Shown here one piece after another: positions 1 to 8,521 of a DNA stretch of 35,496 nt; the first letter of the stretch is position 1; each line of letters begins with the position of its first letter. Location: contig SKIN01000044.1 of assembly GCA_007116405.1 (NCBI GenBank), positions 1 to 35,496 on the forward strand. Reading direction: 5' to 3'. Source of the stretch: Candidatus Kaiserbacteria bacterium (GTDB lineage Bacteria > Patescibacteriota > Minisyncoccia > Phycocordibacterales > UBA12088). The notes below the pieces were generated by a model that had not been told where the DNA came from, searched no databases, and was given only the letters and a program-made list of their open reading frames with translations. The position numbers were made by a program, and so were the translations under genes.

Positions 1-19
1 ACTCAAAATTACAAAATAT

Positions 20-37
20 TGAGTTAGATTGAATCTC
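20..37. repeat. Copy 1 of a recurring palindrome-containing motif (TGAGTTAGATTGAATCTC; core AGATT-G-AATCT)
   Basis: Perfect 18-nt inverted match to 577-594. Positions 25-39 are identical to 1241-1255. The core is a 5-1-5 palindrome. Confidence 0.7.
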
Positions 38-100
38 GTCATTGTTGGACAACTAAAAAGGGTGACGCCATGCGACGCCACCCTCCAAGGAGCAAAAGTA

Positions 101-493
101 CTACACAAACACTTTCTGCAAGACGGTTATCAGACCGACCAGGGCGAACAGCATGATCAAACCAAAGAATACGCCGATCGTCAGGTTCATCATTCCGTTG
201 TCGAGAGACCTCATAAGGTCTCCGTTCTCATGCCACCTTCTTTTGCGACGGGTGGAGAGATACAACTTGCCGCCACTGTCTTCGTGGATGCTGACGTGTT
301 TCCAGCCGCCATCTTCGCGATAGCGTCGGATGATCTCATCACGCATCCACGGCTTGTAGCCATGGGGGAGCTGCACTTCCCTTGTCGTCTTCGAGAGGGA
401 CTCGAGGTCCTCGTCGAGTGCTGTAACGACACGGTTTACCGCTTCTATCCTACCCTCGTCCATTGCGGGGGGTTCATTTGGTTTTACAGTCAT
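101..493 (-). CDS. Hypothetical protein with a C-terminal transmembrane anchor (130 aa from the internal Met)
   Basis: Minus ORF 101-538. The Met at 493 follows GGAGGT at about 6 nt. The C-terminal stretch NLTIGVFFGLIMLFALVGLITVL is hydrophobic. The overlapping plus ORF 29-598 looks antisense-like in composition. Confidence 0.5.
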   Translation of the reverse strand: MTVKPNEPPAMDEGRIEAVNRVVTALDEDLESLSKTTREVQLPHGYKPWMRDEIIRRYREDGGWKHVSIHEDSGGKLYLSTRRKRRWHENGDLMRSLDNGMMNLTIGVFFGLIMLFALVGLITVLQKVFV

Positions 494-576
494 TGTACTA
501 CCTCCATTCTTTCGTTGACCTGCGTATCTAAATATCACATGACAAGATTATGTCAAACATCACCGCCCCGACGTAT

Positions 577-594
577 GAGATTCAATCTAACTCA
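577..594. repeat. Copy 2 (inverted) of the palindrome-containing motif
   Basis: GAGATTCAATCTAACTCA is the exact reverse complement of 20-37. It lies 84 nt upstream of the 101-493 gene start. Confidence 0.7.
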
Positions 595-658
595 TTAATG
601 ACTATCTGCAGGCTGTGACCCTACGTAACGTAGTGAGGATTGAAACCAGATACGACAC

Positions 659-1210
659 TCAATCAATTATAACTTTCAGTTTCGGCCATTTTTGCAACCA
701 AGATTTCTTTGTTATGCGCTCATAGAAATAGTCCATCCGTTTTTCCTTAGTGGAAGGTGAGGGACGGATGATCAAGCTAACCAGATCCTCTATACCATGT
801 GGAGCAATGATTATGGGTTGATTGTCCTTAAGTGTAACTGCAACACATGTCGGGGTTTCGACCCAATGAGAAATACCTTCTTGGGTCGACGTGTAAGGGG
901 CATCACCATGGCGTGTGTGCATATACGCCTGGTTCTTTATCTCCCATTCAAGACCCAACTTCCCATTCATTATTGTTGACAGCGCTTTGTCGTGCTCCTC
1001 GTCAGCATTGTTGGCATCAAAGTATACGAGGTCTATATCATTGGTGTCCGCCACCTCGCGCCGTATATCATGCAAATGGTCCCAAACCTTATTACGAAGA
1101 AATCCGGCACCGATCATCCAGTCCGGGAGACGGAGTTTCTCTGCTTCGTATAGCACCTCCATCATCCACGCGTCAGCCTTAACGAGCTCAGCAATGTCCT
1201 CCTCATTCAT
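659..1210 (-). CDS. Nucleotidyltransferase-family protein (DUF925 / NTP_transf_6-like)
   Basis: 183-aa ORF. The N-terminal pattern LPDWMIGAGFLRNKVWD ... DIDLVYFD resembles that family from memory; no search was run. Confidence 0.55.
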   Translation of the reverse strand: MNEEDIAELVKADAWMMEVLYEAEKLRLPDWMIGAGFLRNKVWDHLHDIRREVADTNDIDLVYFDANNADEEHDKALSTIMNGKLGLEWEIKNQAYMHTRHGDAPYTSTQEGISHWVETPTCVAVTLKDNQPIIIAPHGIEDLVSLIIRPSPSTKEKRMDYFYERITKKSWLQKWPKLKVIID

Positions 1211-1240
1211 TCACAGAATATACCACGATTCTTAATAAGC

Positions 1241-1255
1241 TAGATTGAATCTCGT
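1241..1255. repeat. Copy 3 of the palindrome-containing motif (TAGATTGAATCTCGT)
   Basis: 15/15 identical to 25-39. It lies 31-45 nt upstream of the 659-1210 start and overlaps the expected -35 position of a TGgTATATT extended -10-like element. Confidence 0.7.
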
Positions 1256-1341
1256 GCGATGAATACAAACACACCTCTAGCGATGGAAGTGTGTTTGTTT
1301 GGCATTTGTCACCCTACCGGCAGACTATTGGAACCAGCTAC

Positions 1342-1638
1342 TTATCCAGTTGTCCACCAAGCACCCAATTTACCAATGATCAAACCTATTATCCCTAAAA
1401 CGATGAGCACTACTCCCCCACCTTCTCCATTCGGTAGAGAGAAAAAACCTATGATAATGGTAATCCAGGAAAGCAACTTCACCAATTTCCATATTTTAAA
1501 TGTCTTCTGAATTGTAACTGCGCGACCTTCGTCAAAATAACCACGGTTTTCTATCATTGTAGGGTTTCCGCAGTTGGGGCATGCGGTAGCTCTATCAGAG
1601 AATTCCTTTGCACATTCGTCGCAGTTGATCAAACTCAT
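1342..1638 (-). CDS. Zinc-ribbon protein with two predicted transmembrane helices
   Basis: 98-aa ORF. The N terminus has CDEC...CPNC (a CxxC-x13-CxxC zinc ribbon), followed by two hydrophobic segments. Confidence 0.6.
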   Translation of the reverse strand: MSLINCDECAKEFSDRATACPNCGNPTMIENRGYFDEGRAVTIQKTFKIWKLVKLLSWITIIIGFFSLPNGEGGGVVLIVLGIIGLIIGKLGAWWTTG

Positions 1639-1800
1639 GGGAAATAGTGAGCAAAAGCTAATAAGTGTTTGTGAAAACCGTTATATCTCCATTTTTCTGA
1701 ACTGTCCACTACTGGTAGGACATTGAGATCAGTCACCATGTAGTTGCCTGGTTGTAGATGTGGGGTGGGGTAATTGGTTGATTTACTTTCCACATACAAC

Positions 1801-1822
1801 AAAGCACCGTGTCAGGTGCTTT
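1801..1822. terminator. Bidirectional hairpin terminator downstream of tRNA-Glu
   Basis: AAAGCACC-GTGTCA-GGTGCTTT, flanked by T/A runs on both strands. Confidence 0.55.
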
Positions 1823-1839
1823 GTTTAGGAAAATATATG

Positions 1840-1911
1840 TGACCCTACCGGGAATCGAACCCGGGTTTCGACCGTGAGAGGGTCGCGTCCTAGCCGCTAG
1901 ACGATAGGGCC
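1840..1911 (-). tRNA. tRNA-Glu (anticodon CUC)
   Basis: Hand-folded cloverleaf. Acceptor GGCCCTA/TAGGGTC, D arm GTCTAGCGGCTAGGAC, anticodon loop CTCTCAC, T arm CCGGG-TTCGATT-CCCGG, discriminator A. Confidence 0.9.
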
Positions 1912-1982
1912 TATGGTTCCAGATTGTACTACAGCTTTTGAAATTACGGAAGAGGTGCGCCGGGGCCGTGCCGGAGTGCGGA

Positions 1983-3293
1983 TCACCGCTTCTTCCACTC
2001 TGTGTCTTGGCGCACGAGGAACTCCGGTGCGGTGTTCGGGTCTGCGAGAAGTGAGGCGGAGAGCTTCTCCATGCGCATGGACTGACTGCCTTTGACATAT
2101 ACCGTGTCACCCTCAAAGAGTATCTCCCGAGCAAGCGCGATTGCCTCCTCCACGTTTTGCACGGCTTCAATGCGGGTGCATCTGCCCTTGGCGTCCTTTG
2201 CCTTCTGCACCGCGGAGCGCATGCGTACGCCGACACCAACAAATACATGGGCCACCTCCGCAACGTGCGTGCCGACCGCTTCGTGCGCCGAAACAGAAAA
2301 GTCACCGAGCTCCATCATGTCACCCAGAAACACCACTATCCTGCCGTCGGTCTTGAGTGTACCGAGCGTGGTAAGTCCGGCTTCAACAGCTGACGGCGAT
2401 GAGTTGTAACTGTCGTCGATGAGCGTCATGCCATCGCGCCCCTTGAGCACGCGCATGCGACCCGGAGGCGTGGCGTGTCCGGTGAGACTTGGGACCGACG
2501 CTGAGAAACCGTGTCCTTCAGCGACCACGACCGCGAGAGCCGCAAGTAAGGGGTAGACGTGATGATGTCCGAGAGTCCCGTCGAGGGTAAGCTCAGCATG
2601 TTCTGCTTGGAAGGTCACGGCGGAGGTCATACCCACCGGCCTCTTGTCTTCATAGCGCACCTCGGGTGTGCCACCGCGCACGGTTGCAGCCTCGGAGAAC
2701 CCATAGGAGAGAACGGTCTGGCCCTCTTCGACAGCGAGGTTGGCCATCTTGGGGTCATCAGCATTCACAATGAGGGTGCCGTGAGCGCGTAGTGCTTTCT
2801 TGAGTTCGAGCTTTTCCTCGATGACGGCCTCGGGGGAGTCAAAATACTCCACGTGTACCGGCACATCGGGGAAACGCGTGTACACGACGACATGAGGACG
2901 TACCCAGTGGAGCGCCCTGAGGTCACCCGGCCTGTCTGCTCCGCACTCAAGCACAAGCCACTCCGGGTAGTCGTGCTTGAAGAGGACGACGTACGCACCT
3001 TCGAGGATATTCTCGAACCAGCCATGCAGCGACGACCAGGCGTTCGGGAGACCCAGTATCGTGAGCGGCACGCCTACTTCACTATTGAAACTCTTTTCAC
3101 TCTTGCGTGCACGATGATACGCAGAAAGCGCGGTGAATATCGCGTCCTTGGTGCCGGTTTTGCCGACGTTGCCGCTTATCGCAACCACCTTGGGTTTGTA
3201 CTTACGCAGTGCGAGACGCGCTTCCCAGGTGAGTATGGTCACTACTATCTTCTTGAGGATCCTTTTCATGGGAACTACCCATGTATCATACAC
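1983..3293 (-). CDS. murF: UDP-N-acetylmuramoyl-tripeptide--D-alanyl-D-alanine ligase (MurF)
   Basis: 436-aa ORF with the Mur ligase P-loop AISGNVGKTGTKD, sitting at the end of the dcw block. An alternative start is at 3269 (MKRILKK). The stop codon is TGA. Confidence 0.85.
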   Translation of the reverse strand: MYDTWVVPMKRILKKIVVTILTWEARLALRKYKPKVVAISGNVGKTGTKDAIFTALSAYHRARKSEKSFNSEVGVPLTILGLPNAWSSLHGWFENILEGAYVVLFKHDYPEWLVLECGADRPGDLRALHWVRPHVVVYTRFPDVPVHVEYFDSPEAVIEEKLELKKALRAHGTLIVNADDPKMANLAVEEGQTVLSYGFSEAATVRGGTPEVRYEDKRPVGMTSAVTFQAEHAELTLDGTLGHHHVYPLLAALAVVVAEGHGFSASVPSLTGHATPPGRMRVLKGRDGMTLIDDSYNSSPSAVEAGLTTLGTLKTDGRIVVFLGDMMELGDFSVSAHEAVGTHVAEVAHVFVGVGVRMRSAVQKAKDAKGRCTRIEAVQNVEEAIALAREILFEGDTVYVKGSQSMRMEKLSASLLADPNTAPEFLVRQDTEWKKR

Positions 3294-3319
3294 GATGCAC
3301 TCGGAAGAGAATAGTCGTG

Positions 3320-5038
3320 CTATCGGTCGGGCGGTACTTCGTAGTAGTTGATCAACAGGTCGACCATCTCCATGAACGGTTCGGTGAGTGTTTCGGATGC
3401 ATATTGAGCACCTTGCGGCTCGACATGAAATAGGAAGATAAGAAATTGCGGGTCATACGCCGGGAAGTAGCCAAAGAGACTGTGGAGGTAGCGACCCTCT
3501 TCATACCCACGAGCGCCTTCGCGGGCTATCTGCGCTGTGCCTGTCTTTGCTGCAATGCTGTAGCGGTCTTTCTTCACGTTACCACCTCGCAACGTAGTGT
3601 CGACCGTGTCAACGAGCATGCGGGTGATCTCTTCGGATGCCTCCGGTGAGAGTACGCGCACCTTGTCATCGGGAGCGACGCGCCCTTCCCCACCTTTGTA
3701 GTAATCAATGGCTTGCACCAAATGCGGGGTGATGAGGTTGCCACCGTTTGCAAGTGCCGACAGTGCACGTACTGTCGCTATGGGCGTGAGTGCGATACCT
3801 TGGCCGAATGATGCGGTGGCGTATTCCAAATCTCGAGGTGAATCCAAGTTATCAATGAGGCCGCGCACTTCAAACGGCAGATCGATACCAGTCTCCTCAC
3901 CAAAACCAAATGCGCGCATACGTTCACCAAGCACTTGAGTACCGACCTTGCGGGTCATGTACGCCATACCAACGTTCAGTGAGTTGTTCAGAACCGCCTG
4001 CATGTCCACGACACCTCGGGCGCGCCCGTCGAAGTTACGTATTGTAGCCGTGTCAATGACGACCGAACCAGTGTCGTTGTACGTGGTCTCTGCGGTGATG
4101 GCACCGGTGTCGAGACCTATGGCGAGTGCTATCGGCTTGATGATGGAGCCCATTTCGTACACGTTCTCAACCAGGATGTTGCGGAATACCTGGGAGTTGC
4201 CGGTGAGGTACAGGTGGTTGGGATTGTACGAGGGCAATGATGCGAGCGCGTAGATACCTCCCGTACGAGGGTCAATCACGATACCACCGAGCTGCCGCGC
4301 GCCCCAGTCCTCTTGTGCCCTCGTGAGAATGGTCTCAAGCGACTGCTGTACGATCGGTTCTACCGTCGTCACTAGACTGCCCTGACGTGTGAATCCCTCG
4401 TCATGGATGAGGTCGCGAAGACCGGTAAACACTTCGGCAAAAAAGTTCACGTACAACTTGCTGCTTTCCCGCTCGAGGACCGATTCCCAGTAGCGCTCCA
4501 GGCCATACTGGCCGTGCAAGACGTGACCGTTGTGCCCGTAGCCTACAAAGCCGAGGATGTGCGACCCGAGGTGGTTGCCGGGATAATGCCGCCACTGTTC
4601 CCGATACAAATGGACGCCGGGGAGCCGCAAGGCAACAATAGCGTCCGCGTCGGCCGGTTCGATACGGTTCGCGATCTCCTCATACGGGTCGTCGGGCCTG
4701 CTCGCACGCTCTTTGAAGCTCTCTTCGTCGAGCTCGATGATGCGGGAGAGCGCCTCATACGTACGGTCGACGTCGGTGATGCGCATCGGGTTGATAGCGA
4801 GCATATACCCGGTACGTATCGATGCTGCCGCGATACGCTCACCGGTGCGCAGCGTGAAATAGATGGAGCCACGATCAAAGATGTTATGTGTACTGCGCAC
4901 GTACTGCTGCGTTGCTTGTTCACCGTACGCGTCACCATGCACCACTTGCACAAAGTACAAGCGGGTCGTGAGTACCAGACCAACAAGAACGACTCCTGCG
5001 AGGAGGAAGCGGACCCTGAGTACAAATGCAGCACGCAT
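3320..5038 (-). CDS. ftsI: Penicillin-binding protein 2 / FtsI-type transpeptidase
   Basis: 572 aa with an N-terminal membrane anchor. Contains the SxxK (SIIKP), SxN (SLN) and KTG (KTGTA) motifs in the expected order. Sits in the dcw block. Confidence 0.85.
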   Translation of the reverse strand: MRAAFVLRVRFLLAGVVLVGLVLTTRLYFVQVVHGDAYGEQATQQYVRSTHNIFDRGSIYFTLRTGERIAAASIRTGYMLAINPMRITDVDRTYEALSRIIELDEESFKERASRPDDPYEEIANRIEPADADAIVALRLPGVHLYREQWRHYPGNHLGSHILGFVGYGHNGHVLHGQYGLERYWESVLERESSKLYVNFFAEVFTGLRDLIHDEGFTRQGSLVTTVEPIVQQSLETILTRAQEDWGARQLGGIVIDPRTGGIYALASLPSYNPNHLYLTGNSQVFRNILVENVYEMGSIIKPIALAIGLDTGAITAETTYNDTGSVVIDTATIRNFDGRARGVVDMQAVLNNSLNVGMAYMTRKVGTQVLGERMRAFGFGEETGIDLPFEVRGLIDNLDSPRDLEYATASFGQGIALTPIATVRALSALANGGNLITPHLVQAIDYYKGGEGRVAPDDKVRVLSPEASEEITRMLVDTVDTTLRGGNVKKDRYSIAAKTGTAQIAREGARGYEEGRYLHSLFGYFPAYDPQFLIFLFHVEPQGAQYASETLTEPFMEMVDLLINYYEVPPDR

Positions 5039-5044
5039 ATGCCA

Positions 5045-5374
5045 CTACGGCAGGCGGGTCAACCGTCCTCCCGCCTCTATGGTGACGTAGGCGCTCGGCG
5101 TTATCGCCACCAGGTTGAATTCTTCAAGGGCATCGGGGCGCAACGCATCAAGATGCGCAAAGTACTGCGACTCGAGCTCGGTCACACGCGCTTCTTCCAT
5201 GCGTATTGAAAGGAGAAGCTCTTGACGAAACGCGACCTGAACGACGGTCATTGAGATAAAGTACATGTATGCAAAAAGGAGACCGATGAGCGTGAGCCAC
5301 TCGAGCCACAAGATCACACCCGAGAACGGGATGTGTGCGATGCGTAGGTATGTTGTTTGAATGATATTTGCCAT
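5045..5374 (-). CDS. FtsL-like small bitopic cell-division protein
   Basis: 109 aa with one TM helix followed by a coiled-coil-like segment. It lies between rsmH and ftsI, where ftsL normally sits. Confidence 0.5.
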   Translation of the reverse strand: MANIIQTTYLRIAHIPFSGVILWLEWLTLIGLLFAYMYFISMTVVQVAFRQELLLSIRMEEARVTELESQYFAHLDALRPDALEEFNLVAITPSAYVTIEAGGRLTRLP

Positions 5375-5404
5375 GTGGTCTCTTGCGTGGTTTTGTGCGT
5401 CCCG

Positions 5405-6331
5405 TCATTGAGTCGATGCTTTTTCGAAGCAGCGGAGTTTTGCGCTGCGGGCTCGAGGGTTTGCGAGTACTTCGTCTCTCGAAGACGGGATGGGGTGCTT
5501 TGTTAGCACCGTACCCTCGCCTTGCCGTGCCCACTCGCGGAATGCCTGCTTCACGATGCGGTCCTCAAGGCCGTGAAAGGTGATGACCGCTATCCTGCCG
5601 CCATTCCGCACTAAACGCTTCGCCGCTTCAAGACCTTCCGTGAGAGCGCCGAGTTCGTCGTTCACCGCCATACGTATCGCCTGAAACGTGCGCGTTGCCG
5701 GATGGCGTTTGCCTCGCCTGCCGAGCGCTGCCTCGATGAGTTCCGCGAGCTCACGTGCCGAGGCGATAGGCTGTTCTTCTCGCCGTTCTCGTATGACCCG
5801 CGCCACTTTACGTGCTCGTGTCTCACCTCCAAATCCATAGATGATGTCGGCAAGCGATGTCTCGTCCCACTCATTCACGACGTGCCAGGCGGTAAGCTCT
5901 CCTTCATCGGTATGTGCCCGGAGCGTCATGCGAAGCGGGTCATCTGACGTGAAGCTGAAGCCTCTCCCGCTCTCACCTTCAAGTTGGTCGGAAGAGAGGC
6001 CGAGGTCGAGTAGTATCTTGTCTGCCGCTTCGACGTCGAGCTCGGTGAGGTGACGCGTCATGTGCCGAAAGTTGCCGCAGACGTAGGACACACGCGGGTC
6101 CTGCCCTATGCGCGCACGTACACGGTCGAGTGCAGTGGCGTCGGCATCCATGGCGATGTACCTTCCGTCGGGGCCCAGTCTCTCAAGTAGGGCGCTCATA
6201 TGCCCTCCCCCACCTACCGTGCCATCAACAATGACATCGTTCGGCTGAACGGAGAGCAACTCAATGACTTCTTGTAAAAGAACAGGGGTGTGAAGTGTCG
6301 TGCTTGCTTTCGGGGTACGCGCGTCTACCAT
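5405..6331 (-). CDS. rsmH: 16S rRNA (cytosine1402-N4)-methyltransferase RsmH
   Basis: 308 aa. Starts HTPVLLQEVIELL and has the SAM motif DGTVGGGGH. Immediately downstream of mraZ. Confidence 0.9.
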   Translation of the reverse strand: MVDARTPKASTTLHTPVLLQEVIELLSVQPNDVIVDGTVGGGGHMSALLERLGPDGRYIAMDADATALDRVRARIGQDPRVSYVCGNFRHMTRHLTELDVEAADKILLDLGLSSDQLEGESGRGFSFTSDDPLRMTLRAHTDEGELTAWHVVNEWDETSLADIIYGFGGETRARKVARVIRERREEQPIASARELAELIEAALGRRGKRHPATRTFQAIRMAVNDELGALTEGLEAAKRLVRNGGRIAVITFHGLEDRIVKQAFREWARQGEGTVLTKHPIPSSRDEVLANPRARSAKLRCFEKASTQ

Positions 6332-6336
6332 ATCGT

Positions 6337-6771
6337 CTACAACACACCGATCTCACCTAATTTTTCCGCTACACGGTCTGCTTCCTGCTCCACCGATGCT
6401 CGATACGTATCCCAGAGCTGTTCGTCCCACACTTCACACCTGTCGTTCACACCGATGAGTACTGTCTTGGTGGTGAGTTTGGCGTGTCGTGCGAGTTCAG
6501 AAGGGATGAGTATGCGACCGAGCTGATCAATGTCGATCTCCGCGGCACCAGCAAAGAGGTAGCGACCGAACGCACGGGAGTCTGCCTGGCCCATGGAGAG
6601 CCGGTTCAACTTCTCGACTATGGAGCGCCACTGTGTCTGACTAAAGACAAAGAGGCATGAGTCGAGTCCGCGCGTGATGACTACTTTCTTACCGAGCGCA
6701 CGGCGGAATTTTGCCGGTAGCGCGATCCTTCGTTTGCCATCGATCGTGTGTCTGTATTCGCCGATGAGCAT
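6337..6771 (-). CDS. mraZ: Transcriptional regulator MraZ
   Basis: 144 aa from the internal Met (MLIGEYRHTIDGKRRIALPAKFR). Both SpoVT/AbrB-like halves are present (DxxGRxxxP). The longer 315-aa ORF extension is low-complexity and runs into the relA-side intergenic region. Confidence 0.9.
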   Translation of the reverse strand: MLIGEYRHTIDGKRRIALPAKFRRALGKKVVITRGLDSCLFVFSQTQWRSIVEKLNRLSMGQADSRAFGRYLFAGAAEIDIDQLGRILIPSELARHAKLTTKTVLIGVNDRCEVWDEQLWDTYRASVEQEADRVAEKLGEIGVL

Positions 6772-6810
6772 ACGATGGATCAGTAGAACGGGGGCGTATC
6801 TACCGATATA

Positions 6811-6844
6811 CCACTTTGTTCCACATGCATACACAATACACCAC
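6811..6844 (-). promoter_or_regulatory. Candidate MraZ operator: four GTG(G/T) boxes with exact 10-nt spacing
   Basis: The plus strand has CCAC at 6811, 6821 and 6841 and ACAC at 6831. These read GTGG/GTGT in gene orientation and lie 40-73 nt upstream of the mraZ start. Confidence 0.55.
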
Positions 6845-6967
6845 TCTGCCCTCCTCTCCCCAGCATCTTTTCCACATATACTGCTCTGTTGCGGCCGATA
6901 TAAGGCGATTTCACTGTTCGAACACAGAGGTGTTGCGTTGTCGAGGATTCGGTCGCATAGTATACCT

Positions 6968-8518
6968 ATGACAAAGACCGAAACACAGTCCGCGGACGAG
7001 CTTATCTCGTACATGTCGAACCCCACGGAGGAGGACAAAGCGCTGGTGCGGAAAGCGTTTGATTTTGCAAAGGAAGCGCACCGAGACCATAAGCGCATGA
7101 GTGGTGAGCCGTATTTCAACCACTTGTATGCCACTGCAAAGGCGCTCGCCGAGATAGACATGGGGGCACGCACCATTAGTGCGGGCCTGTTACATGACTC
7201 GATAGAGGATGTGGGCGTGACGCCGGAGCAGATCCGTGATGAATTTGGACCCGAGGTTCTCTTTTTGGTAGAGGGGGTCACCAAGCTGGGAGAACTGAAG
7301 TACCGTGGTGCCGGGCGTCATATCGAAAGCCTGCGACGACTCTTTGTCGCAACGAGTCAGGATATCCGCGTACTCCTCATCAAGCTGATGGATAGGCGCC
7401 ATAACATGCACACACTCGACCACGTGAGGCCGGAAAAGCGCCTGCGTATCGCCACCGAAACACTGTCTATCTACGCCCCCATAGCCGACAGACTCGGGAT
7501 GGGCCGACTCAAGAGCGAGCTCGAAGACCTTGCGTTCAAATACGTGTACCCAAAGGAATACAAGCGCATCGAAGAGATCATGAGCGAGAGCAAGCTTGCC
7601 AATGAGCCGAAGCTCGAGAAAGTGCGCAACAACCTCAAGCGAGCGCTTGCGGAACACGGGGTCAAGAATTTTCGTACCGAATCACGGGTAAAGGGGCTGT
7701 ACTCCCTCTACCGGAAACTCGAACGCAAAGGAGGGGACCTCGACAAGATATACGACCTCCAAGCCATTCGCGTCATCCTTGGAAATGTCGAGGATTGCTA
7801 CCGTGCGTTAGGTGTCGCTCATACCCTCTGGCACCCACTGCCGGGAAAGATAAAGGACTACATCGCATTCGAGAAGCCCAACGGTTACCGTTCCATTCAT
7901 AGCACCGTGATGACTCCCGACGCGGGGCCGGTGGAGCTGCAGTTCCGCACTGAGGAAATGCACCGTGAGGCGCAGTTTGGTATTGCCTCACACCTCGGAT
8001 ACAAAGAGCAAGAAGGGCCGACCCTCGACCGCGGGCAGCAGAAGCGTGAGCAGCTGTGGTACCGGCACCTCATCCCCTCCCTCTTCAATACACAGGTGCA
8101 AAACCGTACTGAACAGAAGAAGACCCCCAAGTGGATCAGTGAACTCGCCGATGCACATCTGGCGGAAACGCTCACCGAACGCGATACGTTCATGCAGGAG
8201 ATACAGGACGACTTCTTCAGTCACCGCATCTTCGTATTCACACCAAAAGGTGACGTCATCGACCTTCCTATTGACTCAACGCCTATCGACTTTGCGTATG
8301 CAGTACACTCGGAGATAGGCGACCGCACCGCACGTGCGATAGTGAACGGAAAGATAGCCCCACTCAACGCTCAGTTGAAGAACGGTGACATTGTCCAAAT
8401 AGAGACCAGTAAGAATGCCCACCCGAACAAAAAATGGTGCGAATACGTCCGCACCACTATGGCACGCAAACACATCCATCAAGCACTGCTACGGCAGCAG
8501 AAGGATGGAAAACACTAG
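6968..8518 (+). CDS. rel: Bifunctional (p)ppGpp synthetase/hydrolase, RelA/SpoT homolog (short form, 516 aa)
   Basis: HD hydrolase motif (LLHDSIEDV), synthetase domain (YRSIHSTV) and TGS domain (FTPKGDVIDLPIDSTPIDFAYAVHSEIG). Start set at MTKTETQ because the longer ORF overlaps mraZ. Confidence 0.85.
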   Translation: MTKTETQSADELISYMSNPTEEDKALVRKAFDFAKEAHRDHKRMSGEPYFNHLYATAKALAEIDMGARTISAGLLHDSIEDVGVTPEQIRDEFGPEVLFLVEGVTKLGELKYRGAGRHIESLRRLFVATSQDIRVLLIKLMDRRHNMHTLDHVRPEKRLRIATETLSIYAPIADRLGMGRLKSELEDLAFKYVYPKEYKRIEEIMSESKLANEPKLEKVRNNLKRALAEHGVKNFRTESRVKGLYSLYRKLERKGGDLDKIYDLQAIRVILGNVEDCYRALGVAHTLWHPLPGKIKDYIAFEKPNGYRSIHSTVMTPDAGPVELQFRTEEMHREAQFGIASHLGYKEQEGPTLDRGQQKREQLWYRHLIPSLFNTQVQNRTEQKKTPKWISELADAHLAETLTERDTFMQEIQDDFFSHRIFVFTPKGDVIDLPIDSTPIDFAYAVHSEIGDRTARAIVNGKIAPLNAQLKNGDIVQIETSKNAHPNKKWCEYVRTTMARKHIHQALLRQQKDGKH

Positions 8519-8521
8519 TGT

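Noticed and set aside
29-598. 189-aa plus-strand ORF at the left edge.
   Set aside because: It fully overlaps the minus-strand ORF, which has a strong GGAGGT ribosome-binding site and a clean C-terminal TM helix. The plus ORF has odd composition and no ribosome-binding site.
4403-5209. 268-aa plus-strand ORF antisense to ftsI. Similar long antisense ORFs occur at 8589-9356, 12309-12755, 29231-29800, 33939-34724 and 1733-2305.
   Set aside because: Each lies opposite a gene with clear family motifs. They have the Arg/Ser/Pro-rich composition typical of shadow ORFs in GC-moderate DNA, and 1733-2305 also runs through tRNA-Glu.
6772-7284. N-terminal 171-aa extension of the mraZ ORF (315-aa track ORF).
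   Set aside because: The extension is Ser/Cys/Arg-rich low-complexity sequence antisense to rel. The canonical MraZ N terminus MLIGEYRHTIDGKRR starts at 6771.
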